64,000 bases of DNA, taken from assembly GCF_009914755.1 (NCBI RefSeq), contig NC_060946.1; one strand, 5' to 3'. The notes under the pieces were generated by a model. That model searched no databases. It had not been told where the DNA came from and worked only from the letters and a program-made list of their open reading frames with translations. The stretch is from the human T2T-CHM13v2.0 reference genome, Homo sapiens. The position numbers and the translations under genes were made by a program. The first letter of the stretch is position 1. Each line of letters starts with the position of its first letter. This document shows positions 43,513 to 61,169 of the stretch, piece by piece.

Positions 43513-45949
43513 TTGCTTTGTAATTTTTACATCATATATCCCCTGTGTTAGACCAAGAGCTTGTAAAAGCCAGAAAACATACACCATTTATAGTTCAATT
43601 AGAGATGTTCACTGATAAAACTGATTCTTCCATCTGAGGGTGGTATTTATAGTTACAGTAATGTAGATGACAATCTAAGTTATGTTCTATAAACTGTGTC
43701 ACTGACACCTCAATCTACAGCTAACTTTAATTTTTTAAAAGCAGAGGATTGGGTTGTATAGGTTTAGAAATGCATCCATCAAGCTAGTTAAGTGAGATGG
43801 ATTCAAACCTTCAACTCACTGGAATATTTACCAAATTGACTATTCATTAGCTAAAGGAGCCATATAAACAAGGTACTTTTTAAAATTCAAAATTATGTAA
43901 GGTTTTATTTCCTTTTTATGCAGTTATGAATTCTATTGTAGAGGTTATAAGGTAAAATAAGATTACTTTTACAGTAAAACATGCAACATATTGTCACAAG
44001 AGGGAAGCCTTTGAACATGAATTGCTTCTCAGGAATTCCTTGAAATTTTGAGACAGTTACTTTAATTAACACAACTAAATAATAAAACACTACAGAGGAT
44101 CTAAGAAGATACTTTGACTTATGCATATTGTTACTTTTTTATTACTGGTAGTGGAAGATGTAATCCACAAGGAAGGCAAGGGCTGAATTTGTTTTATGTA
44201 AAAAGACAAATTTCTTTGGGTTTTAGCTTTCAAACATCAAGATAGTAGGTCAATGTCTAAATGAGTCTATCAAAGTTCTCACACTAGCACATGTAAATCC
44301 ACCTCTTATCTACCCAAAACTCTAAGCAAGCAAAGGCAAGTTGGAAGAATCAGACAAATGTAAGTGCCTAGGATACATAAATGCCACTGGATTTTGTTTT
44401 TAACTTTCAACCTCCCAAGTTTCACTAAGAGACATGTTATTTGGAGAGGTTGCTAAAGTGTAGTTGTATGATGTCTCTGTGTACGGTTGGTCTGGACTTC
44501 TTTCTGTCCAGTGGTTGCCCTTGACTGGTTAGAGTCACCTCTCTAAAGATCATGCTTACGTCCCTGGAGCAGTCCACAGCACTATCAATGTCTGACCTCC
44601 ACCTTTTTCCAATTAATATTTCTGTACTTACTGAATTGGAAAACATACAGGTGTTTTTTGCCTGGTCACTTGTGGTTTTACAACACTCCCCGCACTTCCG
44701 CACCACTGTCCCAGGTGATTTTGTTGCCAGCCAAAGTGTGAGAACTACTGGCAGCTGCTGGCAGACAGCAGCAAAGGCCCAAATCCTCTGTGTGATTTCA
44801 AGACCCCTATCTGGTTTTCAGCCATATTTCCTTCTCCTTCTCACAGCTGAGCCCACTCCTCCTCCCTCACCACCTGTAGGCTATGCTTTCCAGCCTGTGT
44901 CTAGGATTAGTCCTGATGTAAGGCACGTGGGGTTTAAGGATCTCTCTTTTCAGTCTTATTTCCGCACCATCGCTGACAGATATATTCCAGTTGTAATCAT
45001 GGGGCTACCTCCTTTTGTTTCCAGTCCCATGCTCATTTTCTCTATCACATTCTACCTTGTAATAACCTAAATCTTCTGGTGGGCAAGTTTCTTCCTCAAT
45101 CAAATTTGTGTTTATGATTGTGTTGGGGATTGGCTTAGTAATCCAGGTGCTGCTGCTGCCTTGAAAGCAGAGACTGCATCCTTCTGTCTGGATATCTTGA
45201 GTTTCTGGATTGTAAACCTTATTCGGGCCCATCTTTCCTAGAATTGGAGCCTCTACTTTGTTCTTGCTACTTTAGTTCACCCAGAAAGCACGATCTCTGC
45301 CTGAATTTCAAAGTGTTGGCTAGCTTAAATATCCTTTTGTGAGACTTTTGTCTTCCTACGGGGTGATTTTTTCAACTTAGATACCATTGCTAATCTTTTT
45401 ATCTTGAATGTAATTGAAATAGTTTTAATCTGTGTTACCAGCAACAAGAACCCCTTTTATGAGATGAAGAGGCCAGGTCAGTCTCATAACATGTGTCCCC
45501 CTCCGTGTGTTGAATTTATTTCAGAGCCAGGTTCTTTCCTATTTGACGTCTCTCACCAAATTCCAGTGTTTATGTCCTAGGAGGTGCCCAATAAATTCTA
45601 GAGTTGATACAAGCTGTAATTTTAGAGAAATTATATTAGCAAGTAGAATTAGATTATATACAACCTAATCAACTTTTTTTTTTTTCTGAGGATGACCAAG
45701 ATTTGGGCTTCAGTGACAATAGTTGTCCCCTAAATATTTATACTCAAAATCTAGGATCACCAGTACAATGTTGAATAGAGGTGATGAACACACACATCCC
45801 TTTCTTGTCCTAATCTATGTGGTTTAAACATTTACGATTTCACCATTAAATATAGTATTGTTTATATGTTTTGTTGTGGATGCTTTCCATCACTTCGAGA
45901 AAATTTCTTTTTCTAGCTTGCTGAGAGTTTTTATTTTTAAATCAGCAAT

Positions 45950-46565
45950 AGATATTTCTCCAAAGAAAATATCCAAATGACCAACAGATACATGAAAAAA
46001 ATGCTCAGCATCACTAATCAGGGATATGCAAATCAAAACCACAAAGAGATATTGCCTCAAGCCCATTAGAATAGTCTTATTAAAAGAAAAAGATAACGAG
46101 TGTTAACAATGGGGAGAAATTGGAACACTTCTACAGTGTTTCTGGGAAAATAAAACTGTGCAGCCTCTATGGAAAACAGTACGATGGTTCCTCAAAAAAA
46201 TTAAGAAAGTAGAACCACCATATGATCTAGTAGTCTCACTTCAGGTTATTTATCTGAAAGAATTGAGATTGGGATGATTCTCAGGCTCATTGCAGCATTA
46301 TTTACACTAATCAAAATGTGGAAATAAGGTTAATGTCTATTGGCAGATGAATAGATAAAGAAAATGTGGTATATTCATACAACGGAATATTATTCAGCTT
46401 TAAAACAAGAAAGCCTGTCAATATGCAACATGGATGAACCTAGAGGACATTAATGCTAAGTAAAGTAAATCAGTCACAGAAGGACAAACTGTATGATTCC
46501 ACTTGTATAAAGTATCTAAGATAGCCAAATTCATTAGAGTCACAGATTAAAATGGTGATAGCTCT
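45950..46565 (+). mobile_element. L1MB/L1MA10-type 3' ORF2 and UTR fragment
   Basis: ATGCAAATCAAAACCACAA...CCATATGATCTAG...GTCACAGAAGGACAAA...GTATGATTCCACTT. Confidence 0.75.
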
Positions 46566-49560
<2,995 letters not shown>

Positions 49561-52105
49561 GTAGAGATAGGGTCTTTTATTTTCCTTTGAAGAGTGACTC
49601 TTTTCTAACATTAGTCTTCTTTCTGTAGTCAAACACCAAACCTTCACTCCTGAGCTATATGCAATGGTTGAAATCTCTGCTCTGTTCTAGCAATTTAGCT
49701 GCTGTTTTCTGCTGGATTCTATGGAGTCTCTTTTTATGAATGTGAAATGTAGCAGCCATCATATATCTGAATGAAGTTTAAGTGCTGATTTTAGAGTTTT
49801 ACTCTGTGACATTCTCCTCTGTGACTTTCAGTTTTGTGAGATTTCCTCCCATGTCATTCAAATTTCCCAGTTCTTCTTTTCTGTCAGCCTGGGACTCTGT
49901 GCTCTTATTCCTCAAGCTAGTAAAACTCACCGCTTTACTCGTAGACACCTAATTTTGCACAGACTGGGAAGTGTCATCAGGTGTGAAGTTGCATTGATGC
50001 AAATTTAAATCATTGCAATTTTCTTTATTCAATGGTCGAATACTTCATCAGTGGTTGAATATTCTACTATTTCTGCCTGTTTTCTGTTTCTCATTACCAT
50101 CAAATGTGTATTTAATTTTTTTAGAGCTAATAGTTTTTTCCCTGCATTTGAGTTAGACCTGAGCTACTACCACATTTTGTAATTCAAACTTTTTGTCTAA
50201 CAATGTTTTAAAAAACTCTTTATTTGGAGGGAATTCTCAAATTTCTAAATACTCTACAAACATAAGTATTGGGGCTCACATTCCCAGTTTCCCTTGTAGC
50301 CAGATGTACATATGGAACATGGCCTCAGCTAATTAAGCATACCCACATATTTGAAAGTAAGAAAAGTGTTAAGAGGAACAGTAGATATCATTTTAGTTGA
50401 TGCAAGGATGGAAAAATATAACCAACTTTCACTGGTGAACTTTGTCTTCAATCATTGTTTTCCCGTGGGTAAGTGGCTAATTTTCTGGCCTAGAGGTGGA
50501 ATTGGGGTGTTGGTAACAATTGATTTGATGATAACCTGCTTTTGTCTTTTCAAAAATTGCTAATCCACCATTGTTTCTGGTCCTCTTTTATACTTATGCA
50601 GTGTATAATCTCTCATGCAAAATTTAGTTCTTTGTTTCTCAGCTTAAACTGGATTTTGATGAGCAGTTTTCACCTTCAAATGAAAGAAATGGCTTTGGTT
50701 GATGTTAGACAAAAATAACAAGAGGGAATTAAAGAAATATGTTTGTCATCTTGTAACATTAAATAAATGAAACTGAAAATTCAACAATTCTGCTTCATAA
50801 AAAAATAGAAAGTTTCTACTGTTTTTCATTGTTTTCGAAGCTATATCATTAAATGAAATTTCTGCCTCATGGAAGGTTTTTAGAACTATGCAATAATACC
50901 ATACAGACCGTTAGGAGAGAAATGAATAAAAACTGAAAGAAGTAAGCACTGTGTGGTAACGTAGATGGCACACAGTTGTGTGCGTGGAGCCCTAATACAT
51001 TTTACCATGGAATTTATACAATAAATGTTAGTTTCCTGTGAACCTGCTAATTAATATGACTTTCGCAGACATTTCCTTAACCTAAACAGTATAGGTTTCC
51101 TGTAGATAGACTGCATGTATTCTCACCTTTAACCTTTCCATAATCTTCCCTAATTACAGATGTCAATGGTTCTTAATAGCAAAAGAACAGCAGCAGCTTA
51201 TAAAGTTATATTATTTGTTTTTTACTAATATGTGAGGTGATTTTGTCTTTCATTTCACCTCTAGAGCTAATTATGTCTTCTAGGTTAACAAAAATTCCAG
51301 ATCATACCATCATTAGTTTAAACTTTACAATGAACTCATTATTTCCATTTATTACTAGCCTGCATTATAGCAATATTTAGCCAATGAATTCTCAAAATAT
51401 TTCTTGAAAGGTGAAAGAGTACCTCAAGTAAGTGGTGTAATTAATTTATTTATCAGAATTTTAAATTAAGTGTTCTGTTTAATCTCAAAGGGGTACCAAT
51501 GAAGTTAGGGCATAAGGACTCCGTAGTTAATAAAATGGTAAGAATTAAAAAGGATTATTACATTTTTTCCTCATACTATGATGGCTATAATTTTTTAAAA
51601 CAGTAGAAATATTTAATTTTTAAAGGCTACTAGTGTATATTTCGTTCAAAGATATGAGCTCTTCAGTTCAACTTTTTGTTTGAAATTTGAACAGCTTTTT
51701 CTTGCTCTTGTTCAATACAGTTATTAAACAGTCTAGGCAGGCCTCCGGAGTTACATATGTGTATGTGGCTATGTGTGTATATATACACAGAAGTACAAAT
51801 AGCATATAAACAATTTACATAAGAATTTTGCTTTTGATTAAAATTCTTCTAAAAGTGAATATAAATTAATAGCATATGGAGCCTACAGAAATTGTCTAAT
51901 AGGGAAGTAGGAAAAGATAATTTGTGAAGAAAAAGTTCACTAAAACAGACTTTTTATTTTTACATGTAATAACATTATATTGAAGGGTTTCCAGAAATAT
52001 AAAATGTTATAGGGCACTTATCCTGAGACACACGAAGGAGACAAGGGATAGAGCCAGGATGGAAGTGAAAATAAAGGACAAATAGAGATAGATACTTAAG
52101 TGCAA

Positions 52106-52354
52106 ATGAAACACTGCATGTTCTCACTCATAGGTGGGAATTGAACAATGAGAACACATGCACACAGGAAGGGGAACATCACACACCAGGGCCTGTTGCG
52201 GGGTGGGGGGAGGGGGGAGGGATAGCATTTGGAGACATACCTAATGCTAAATGATGAGTTAATGGGTGCAGCACACCAACATGGCATATGTATACATATG
52301 TAACTAAACTACACGTTGTGCACATGTGCTCTAAAACTTAAAGTATAAAAAAAA
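52106..52354 (+). mobile_element. 5'-truncated L1PA (3'UTR only, about L1PA4)
   Basis: CATGTTCTCACTCATAGGTGGGAATTGAAC, G-rich tract, then AAAACTTAAAGTATAAAAAAAA. Confidence 0.92.
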
Positions 52355-54273
52355 TCATCAAACAGGTGGTAATTTTAAAATATGGCTTTTCCAGGCAGCA
52401 AATTTTCTGAATGTATCACAAAAGAAGATAAATTGTGTGTATATGTAGATCATGTCAATGAAATAAACAATAAATGTTACTTATTGGAATACTGAAAGTG
52501 GTAGATAATAAATAAATTATTTATATTTATGGTAAAAGCAATCAACTTGATTTTTAGGGGGTTCAATGACTTCCTGAAAATATTCTCTCACAGATTTTCT
52601 CAGAGTGTCTAGTTGGCAAAAGCACAGCTCCAAATAGCTATTTCTGTCAACGTCTACAGAACATTTACAGTTCGATTTCCAAAAGTTTCCATTTCTACTG
52701 ACCTTACAAATTTGTAAAATGAATGCCCACCAGGACAAAATATTAAGTGATAAAATTAATTGCATCCTACAAGTGAAAATCTAGGCAAGGAAAATCTTCT
52801 TCCTTCTTAATGAATGATTTTTATGTCTCTTCATTCTTGTCCTTCTAGGTAGAGCAACACTCTGGAGACCTTCTTTTGAGGCATTTCACCACCAGAGTAA
52901 GTGTGATGTATGACTAATTAGTCCATCCAGAGGGAGTTGGTGAAATTAAATTGGAAGTTATTTCCTAATTGGCGTATCTTGGAGTAAAATTAATCTAATA
53001 ACAGCTTTCGTAAGAGAGCATAAGCTTAAAAGACAACATTTTTCATTCAACTTTACCAAACAAAGTGCAAATTTAGGTGTCCAGTTGTGAAGTTTGGTTG
53101 TGTGAGGATTGTACGGTGAAGGTACCAGTGGACAACAGTTGCTCATCAAGCAAGTTTATACAAAAGCTTTCGGACAAGTCCAACTCTAGATAAAATTCTA
53201 AAGTATTTCATGCTTGTTTTCAGAGTTTCTTTTTCTCTCTCCAAGGTAACCCACATATCAAAAGACATATGGGTTTTGGGTAGAACTTCCTAAAATTGCT
53301 GGTGAGAAGTGTGCCATGCATAAGCATACTTCACTAGCTTGAATTTTCTGTTAGTCTCACAGGAAACAATTACAATCCTGTATGCTTTTCTATCTCCACA
53401 CACTCCTGAACATAGAAAGACCAAGTAACATCCCTGGTTAAGATGTGTACAGGTTACAAGACATGTCTAAATATATTCACCAAGAGGTTTATTATTTTCA
53501 CAGTGGCATTCACTAAATCAGTTGTCAGTGTAGCATTACTCAAGGAATAAGCAGGGTCTTTAATTTATCAAAGTTTGGAGTGCACCCCAAGTTGGACCAC
53601 TGAAGCACATAACTATAGATAAGGTCACTCAAAAGCACAAATCCAGGTAATAAATATTCACTAGTAGTTTATATGCACTTAGCAATTTGAATGCTGGGAA
53701 GTGTAGCCCAGAAAATCAATCGACATGAAGCTATTAAAGAGGCATTCATGGCACCTGCACTTTGAATCTCTTCAGACTCAGGTTAAACAGGAGACACGGT
53801 AGCTGATGTATAGTGCAAAAACCCTTCCTCTTTCCTTTTTTATCTATGAACCTGCCCTTTTCAATGTTGTCTAGATGCCTGAAGGTATGAATACCCTTGA
53901 TCTTAGTAAAAAATCGTACCACCCATCAGCAAAATCTCACTGATCAGTGTCTATGTTACCTCACCGAGTTAGCCTTTTGTGTTGTTGTGGCCCAGGATGA
54001 CAATGTTGACACAATCCAAACCAGTAGTTGGAAAGTTAATGTTGGATGCATCTTTGACAATTGATGGAATGACCTGAAATCAAATGTGAGGCAGTGGAGA
54101 CACAAGAATGTTATTCAGGAAGTTAGTGATCTGTAGAGATACTAAATGAAATATCTGGAAGGAATTGTAATCTTGCAACTATGCTTTTATGTGTTTTTTG
54201 ACATAAACAGTTTCTATTTATGGTGGAGCTAGAGTGTCCATTTCCCATGAAGTTCCCATAGTGTTAACTAATA

Positions 54274-54642
54274 CAGTCGTGTGTCACTTAATGAGAGGGG
54301 TGTGTCTGAGAAATGCATTGCTGGACAATTTTATTATTGTATGAACATCACAGAGTTTACTTACACAAACCTAGATGCTATAGCTGATTACATACCTAGG
54401 TTAGGTGGTATAACCTATTCCTCCTAGGCTACAAACCTGTGCAGCATGTTACTGTACTGAATACTGTAGGCAATTGTAACACAACAGTTAAGTATATCTA
54501 TACTTATATATATACAGTAAGTGTATCTATACATGTCTAAACATACAAGAGGTACAGTAAAAATAGTGTTATGATTTTATTGCACCACTGTCATACAAGT
54601 GCACTATCCTTGACCAAAATGTTGTTATGTGATGCATGACTG
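54274..54642. mobile_element. Tigger3a/MER7-type non-autonomous DNA transposon
   Basis: TA|CAGTCGTG...CATGACTG|TA terminal inverted repeats with TA duplication; internal CCTAGGCTACAAACCTGT. Confidence 0.85.
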
Positions 54643-55138
54643 TAACAAAAGAATTAATTAAATATAATATTGAAGTGCCTATTGAGATTTCAATGAAGAA
54701 AGGAATATTTGTAAATTCTGATTACCTTAAGTGGGAATTGACTTTCTTCCTGTTTCCATGGCTGTTCTTGTGAAAGAGCATAGCTTTCCAAAGACCTGAA
54801 ATCTCTGACAAATCTTGCAATTCTCTATAGCCTGCATTATGAAGGTCACTTGGTATCAAATGAGGCAAAATGGTAGATTATAAAGACCTGTACTTTCTTG
54901 TCAGTTCCTAAACATAGCAAGCATTGGTCTATCTTGAACATTTCTGCAGTTATAAATGAGCCTTGGGTCATGATTTTCTGCCTTTTTATCGTAGACAAGA
55001 TTTAATTTAGGAGATGTCCTTTTAATGCGTAATGTGAATAGTAAGTGCCACTTATGAAGACTATTTTCTTCCAGCCATTTTAATTGTCAAATCTGTCCAG
55101 TCAAGATGCATTGTTAGAGGCTTCACTGACAACACCGT

Positions 55139-55166
55139 CTGTGTGTGTGTGTGTGTGTGTGTGTGT
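55139..55166. repeat. (TG)n microsatellite
   Basis: Seen directly. Confidence 0.95.
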
Positions 55167-55577
55167 ATACATGCATATGATTGAGCAGGATTTATTGTAA
55201 GTCAAGACAGCCTCAAATTTCTTAGGACAATACAGCTTCCTTGGCCATTCCCTTGGAGCTCTGAGTTGAGGAGCTGGTGATGTGTATTTCTTTTGCATGT
55301 TCTCCACATTATCCCTATGCAGGACTTCCATGGGCTTGGTTTTGGAACCAGTGATGAGGAAGATCATTAGAATTGTTGTTCTCAAAAAGCTTCCTCCATT
55401 CTTCTGTATAAGCAATGGCAATTTTCCCAGACCAATATTTCTTCTTTTGAAATGGTAAATTTTGAATATTAACTGGTTAGTATAATCCCATAAAATAACA
55501 AAGTTTGAGCCCTATGATCTGTGTTTTAGGCTAAAGTTGAGTTTTATGCTAAATCATCATTTACTCCTTGTATGATC

Positions 55578-55756
55578 TTTTTTTTTTTTTTTTTTTTTGA
55601 GACAGAGTCTCACACTGTCACTCAGGCTGGAGTACAGTGGCACAATTTTGGCTTACAGCAAGCTCTGCCTCCCAGGTGCACACCATCCTTCTGTTTCAGC
55701 CTCCTGAGTAGCTGGGGCTACAGGTGCCCGCCACCACACCCGGCTAATTGTTTTTT
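55578..55756 (-). mobile_element. Truncated Alu (right arm and tail)
   Basis: Poly-T, right monomer, ends in the middle A-rich linker. Confidence 0.9.
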
Positions 55757-57377
55757 AAGATTAAGGGTGAAATAAAAGCTGCTCCCCTATATTACATTCA
55801 TAAATCAGAATTATTAAAGCAAGCTATTTATTTATTAGAAACACTCCAAATTTAGCATCTAAGACATGACAGCCTTTCAAGAGACATCAATTTACTTGTT
55901 AGGGTCTATAGCTATATTTGTATTCATGTTATTGGTGTCCATAATATTTCATTAGATGTTCTGGGTAAATTGATAAATGAAAATAATGTATGTGATAAGG
56001 AGAACAACCTAGGCCTCCTGGAGGGCCCCTTACAACTCAGCTGGTGTTAGCAGAAATGCCTGGGTGTAACAGTGAGAAACAACCTTTCAAAAGTGTTGAG
56101 CAATTTTTCAGGCAGAGGAATATGTATACCAATCCAGGCAGCAAGATAAGTGGAGGTCAGTTAAAAGATCAGGATGTGATTTCATTTTTTTTTTTAGGTT
56201 TCTACTGAGAGGAAATATAACACTCAGTTATTATTTTCTCCGCATATCTCTGGTTATTTTGTCACAACCTTTTATGTAAGCTACTACCAAACACTGGGTT
56301 ATCCAAGATCTATGGGTCGTATTCAATATTTGCTTTTTTCTCAACTACTAACACATTTGATTCCCTTTGTAACTTTCTCCCCTATTTCTCCTTTCAACCT
56401 GTTTTCTCCAACCACACTGAGTTAATAAGCCTCCTATATACTCTCATAACCTGTTTTATCTAAAGAGATTTCCTTTTTCTACTATTATACCCATCTCATT
56501 CCCTAATTTATTTATTCTTATTTCTCTCTCTATTTTTTATTCTTTTAGGCACAGCTCATGTCTCATGACTTTCAAAAAGTTTTTCTTCTGATATTCCCAG
56601 CTCGAATTAGGTACATCCCAATCAGTTTCCTTAGACTTACAACTCTGCATATTATTGGCTTGCAATCTGTCTTAGGCTGGGAATTAGCTCCTTGTAGGCA
56701 GGGGCTAGAATTTATTTACTCTTATGTCCATAATGCCTGACACAGGAACTATTCTCACATACAAATTGTAGGGCCATAATTCCTGAGAACATATGTACAT
56801 TGTAGTGACTCATAAAGGCTTGAAATAAATTTTTAAAATGATTAATTGGGAAGTCCATGAACTTGACATCTTGATGTAGAAGAAAAGCAAGGGCAGATGA
56901 AGAAGTTATACAGGATACTTGAAATACCAGAAGAATATAATCAGAGAGCAATAAATTAATCCTAGATTTTTAGATGTGAAGAAGTTCTGAGAAATATTTG
57001 AAGACATGGCTCTAGGGATGAGTACATAACAGAGACCAGTAGCCAGACTCAGAGCTTTTCAGAGTGACGAAATTGCATTGCAGGGGGAAGGACTGTTGTA
57101 TACTAAATAGAAATTGTCATTAAATGGAGACTAAGCAAGAGGCTGATGATCTGTGGATGACAGAAACAAAAAGGTGTGGAGATAGAGGTAAATGCCATAA
57201 TCTACAAAGAAGATATTTTTGTGCCAGAAAGAAATAATAGGTCTAGAACGTAATAAAAGATAAATAGTTAACTACATTGTAATATGGTCTGAGAACTCAC
57301 TGAAGGCATAGCCATTGATATTAACTTCCACTTGACTTCCAGACAAAATATTTTAAATATCTTAAAAATTCCATTTG

Positions 57378-57622
57378 ATATTGTATGATTCATCAAGACA
57401 GAAAGTAAAGCTGTAGTTGCCCTGGGAGGGCGGGGAATGGGGAGTCACTTTTTAATGGGTACAGGATTTCAATTTTACAAGACAAAAAGAATTATGGAGA
57501 TGGGTGGTGGTGATGCTTGCACAACATTGTGAATACATTTAATGACACTGAATTGTATACTTAACAGTGGTTAAGATGCAAATTGTTGAGTGTGTTTTGC
57601 CACAGTTAAAAAACGGAAAACA
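57378..57622 (+). mobile_element. L1MB-type 3' end fragment
   Basis: TTTAATGGGTACAG...GGTGGTGATGCTTGCACAACATTGTGAAT...CACTGAATTGTATACTT. Confidence 0.75.
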
Positions 57623-58235
57623 ATAGTATTTGAAGATATAGCCCATTTCATCTGGTAGCTAGCTGTATGTGTCTGCTCAGCTGTGGATAGATATTTATGC
57701 TGTTTCTGAACTGGAGGTTACTGGTATTCTCTAAGGTATAGGAAAATTGATCTTATGTGGCTAACTGAGGTGGATATAGTTGTATCAGTCAGACAGTAAT
57801 GATATAATCATGATAGTTTACATTTAACACAACTTACATGTGTTATACTTTAGAAAGCTCTTCATTCATATTATTACTTCATACTATTTTCCCCTTACCA
57901 TTTTTGTCTCTCCTTTCTCTGCTGACTTCAGAAAATGTCTCTTCCACACTACTCAATTCATCTCCTTATTTTTTCAAAATTTTAAGTCTCAGAGTCTCCA
58001 AAAAAAATTCCAGACAAGTCTCATCAGCTTTCGGTCATTGATTAATCGATAACCTTAGAGGCTTTCCCTTCCCCTTCTCAATTTAACATAGCTTCCAAAT
58101 ACACTTGCCAGTAAAACAAAGTTGTTTATATGGTTTTATATTTCTTCCTGCTGAATTATGAACATTTTTTCATATTGACATTGATTTCCATCTGGCCATG
58201 AAATACTCAAGGTGAAGAAAATGAAACAAAATTGT

Positions 58236-58467
58236 TAATATTTATCAAGAGCCAGGTACTGTTTTCAGTGTCCTAGAAGTATAAACTAGTGTAATGCTCA
58301 CCAGCTCATATGAGAGGCAAAAATGGATGAAACTATAAAACCAAGACACAGAGAGATAAGGGAAATTTCCCAAGATCACACAGCCACTGAGGATATGAAC
58401 TAGACTTTGACTTCAGGCTATTTACCCCAGAACCTGTGCTTTCAAACATCATTTGTACTGCTTCCCT
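58236..58467 (-). mobile_element. MIR
   Basis: GCCAGGTACTG...CCCAAGATCACACAGC...CCAGAACCTGTGCT. Confidence 0.65.
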
Positions 58468-58493
58468 AAATTACACTTGAGTACACTGTGACA

Positions 58494-58533
58494 TCAAATT
58501 TCACCTATGACACCAAATTTCACCTATGACACT
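58494..58533. repeat. Perfect-core tandem duplication, 2 x ~19 bp
   Basis: CAAATTTCACCTATGACAC occurs twice back to back. Confidence 0.85.
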
Positions 58534-60259
58534 GATTATCTGGGGAACTTTGCAACTTATTCTGAATGTGATTCAGTTTTCTTTTCTGTACAGAGATAAA
58601 GTCAGTATATACTCCATAGATTCGTTATAAGGATTATATGAAATGACACATGAGAAGGCTTTAAAAGGACTTGGAAAGCAATAAGCTTTTTTGTTTTCAA
58701 TCATGTTTCAATAGGTTATCAGTGTTGTGAATGGTTCATGAAAAATGACTTTGGGCTCAGTGAGTAACTGAAATGTTGTTGCTTAATAGTGTGTTTAATA
58801 TTAATATAATAGTAACAAATGTTGTTATTGTTGAGTAATAGCTATTTGGCTTTTCACTGCTTTTCTTTTCTAGTGTTTTAGTCAGAGACTTCTTAAGTCT
58901 CCTCAAGTGTGTACACATTTCTTAAATTTGTTGGGAAGTACCAAATTTAAGATATCTTGCATTTTTTTCTTCCTTAGTAAACACTAAATTCCATCACGCA
59001 GCAGAAAAAGGGCTCTGTTATTGTCGGTACAATGGTTTAATATTCACTTTTATTCCCTGTATCGTAGTTCTGATTTAATTGCTATTTAGAATAAAACTTG
59101 TTCCTTATTATATGCATTCATAATTATAAAATTTGTGTTTTAATGCCTTCTACACATATACTGTGCTTTTCTTTATTTCCTTATATCTTTTACTGTTTCA
59201 TGATCCTGGTATTTGAAATCTCATTAAGTGTTGTTTGGGGATTTGCTGGGAATGTCATCTACATAATAATGTCTCAAGTTTGTAGCATCTTTAAAACATA
59301 ATAGGAGATGGAATTCACAGCAGAGTAATAACCCTCCCACTTTAGGCAATGTATTTGTGATTGGTATGACTTTGTTCCCAGAGAGCAGTTAGCAACACAA
59401 TATTAAGGCTATGTGTACAAGGAAAACAAATTTTAAAAATCTCCTTTAAAAAAAACAGTTCCCGATCCTAACCAGTATCATGCACAGAATCCGTTTCCAC
59501 CTCTTCATATGGAAGCAGCTCTGGGTGGACATCTAGAAAGTTGGATAACTATTTATCACATATGATCTGTAAAGGGAGAGATTTACAAGAAAGTGTTAAA
59601 TTTAATCCATAGGAAAGCAAAATCAAAAATCAATGAATTTTCCATTTGTAGTTTTCCCTAGGGGCTCCACTCTCAAGATGGCTTAAATGTGTAATAATTA
59701 AATGACTAGGCACAATTGTTTGTTAGTGACATAAAAGCAAGGTAAGCATTTCTGCTTTATGAGTCCAAGCACAGGGACACTTGGTTTTCTTTGGAAGGAT
59801 ATCATAAAGGCAATATTTATGTGTAATCCCTCATTGTCTTTCCTTCTGTGGCATTCAATGTTATGTACTATAATTTAGAAATGAAAACTACTTAAAGACC
59901 ACTTGCTAAGTTTCATGTATTTCAAATTCTCAGATCCTGAGTGTTTAAATATGCCTATATTTCTTCATGAAAAAAAAACATAATCTTTGCCAAGTTAGAA
60001 AAAGAAAAAGTCATATTCCCATTTTTAACTAAATGTAATCAGAAATGTGGACAGTTTTTAGCTTTCAATACATTATGTAATTTGGGTAACAGGCTGAATA
60101 AAAGTAAGGAACTTCAGTTAAATTCACAGAGAAGCTAATAATTATTTCTAAGACTCAAATGTATAGAACAGATCTCTGATATTAAGGGTAAGACCCTCAA
60201 AGGTGACCCAAAATGGGTAATTGTGGGATTATTTTGGGAGGAATCATCATAGATTCTTA

Positions 60260-60645
60260 CTGCTATAAATACAGTCAAATGTCAGATAAATATGCTCCAC
60301 TGAAATGTTTTCTAGGAATGATGTTTGAACCAATGTTGGTAATTTTGAAAGTCATGGAGAGTGTTTCAGATGATAGAAGTCGGGCAACTATCCCAGGTTT
60401 AATAAATAAGCAAATGGTGAGTTCCAAAAATGCTGTATCAATGAGCCTCATATTGATCCTGAGCACAATTTCAGGAAGGTCCATTAAATGGGTCTTTGGA
60501 GAGCACTTAGGTTAAAAGGCTGGCAGCAGGGATTCACTAAGAGCAATGGTGCCAAGCTTGCCTCTTTGACATTGTTATGTGACTGATAAAGGTAGGTTAT
60601 AGCAGTACACAATACAGATATTTCCAGGGTAAAGCTGTTGAGCTG
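60260..60645 (+). mobile_element. L3/CR1 LINE RT fragment (ancient)
   Basis: ATGAGCCTCATATTGATCCTGAGCACAATT...ATTAAA...GAGCACTTAG...CAGCAGGGATTCACTAAGAGCAA...TGCCAA aligns by eye to the CR1 RT region (xSLTSIPGKILE...QHGFTK). Confidence 0.65.
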
Positions 60646-61169
60646 CTGTAATTTTCCTTGCCTCTTCACTATCTTCTCCTATAGTTGACTTCCAAGGAAA
60701 AGATAGTTGACTTTTAATCTAGAAATGTATGTTAATTGGCAAAAACAAACAAATGAAACCATAAACTATCCTTTAGGCTTCTCTCTGCTCAGTTATTAGA
60801 TCATATGAATGTGCCCTTAGGAAACACAGAAGGCCCACACTATTATAGGGACAAATTTCTTACATTCTCTGCTGTTTAATGCTCTTCAAAAGACTTACCA
60901 TACTGCAGTAATTTGATTATCAACTACTTGAACACAGGGACCAATGTGCTTATTAAAAATTTTGCATATTATGAGGGCATTAACATTTAAGTATTCGATT
61001 GTTAAGACAATGCATATTATTATAAACCATAGAAGGCACACTTATTACCTCCTTAAGAACCAGTCTCTATTTCTCTGTTTCCTAGATCTCCAAGGTCATA
61101 GAGGGATTGGATATTTGTGTCTTCAATTGGCCCTCTTCAACCCTAGGATAAATAGTGATTAATCTAAGC

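Noticed and set aside
44437-45232. Vomeronasal or other GPCR pseudogene, suggested by hydrophobic ORFs
   Set aside because: No V1R or olfactory-receptor signature motifs in the frames I read.
60213-60669. Cluster of three ORFs as a processed pseudogene
   Set aside because: Better explained as an ancient L3/CR1 RT fragment.
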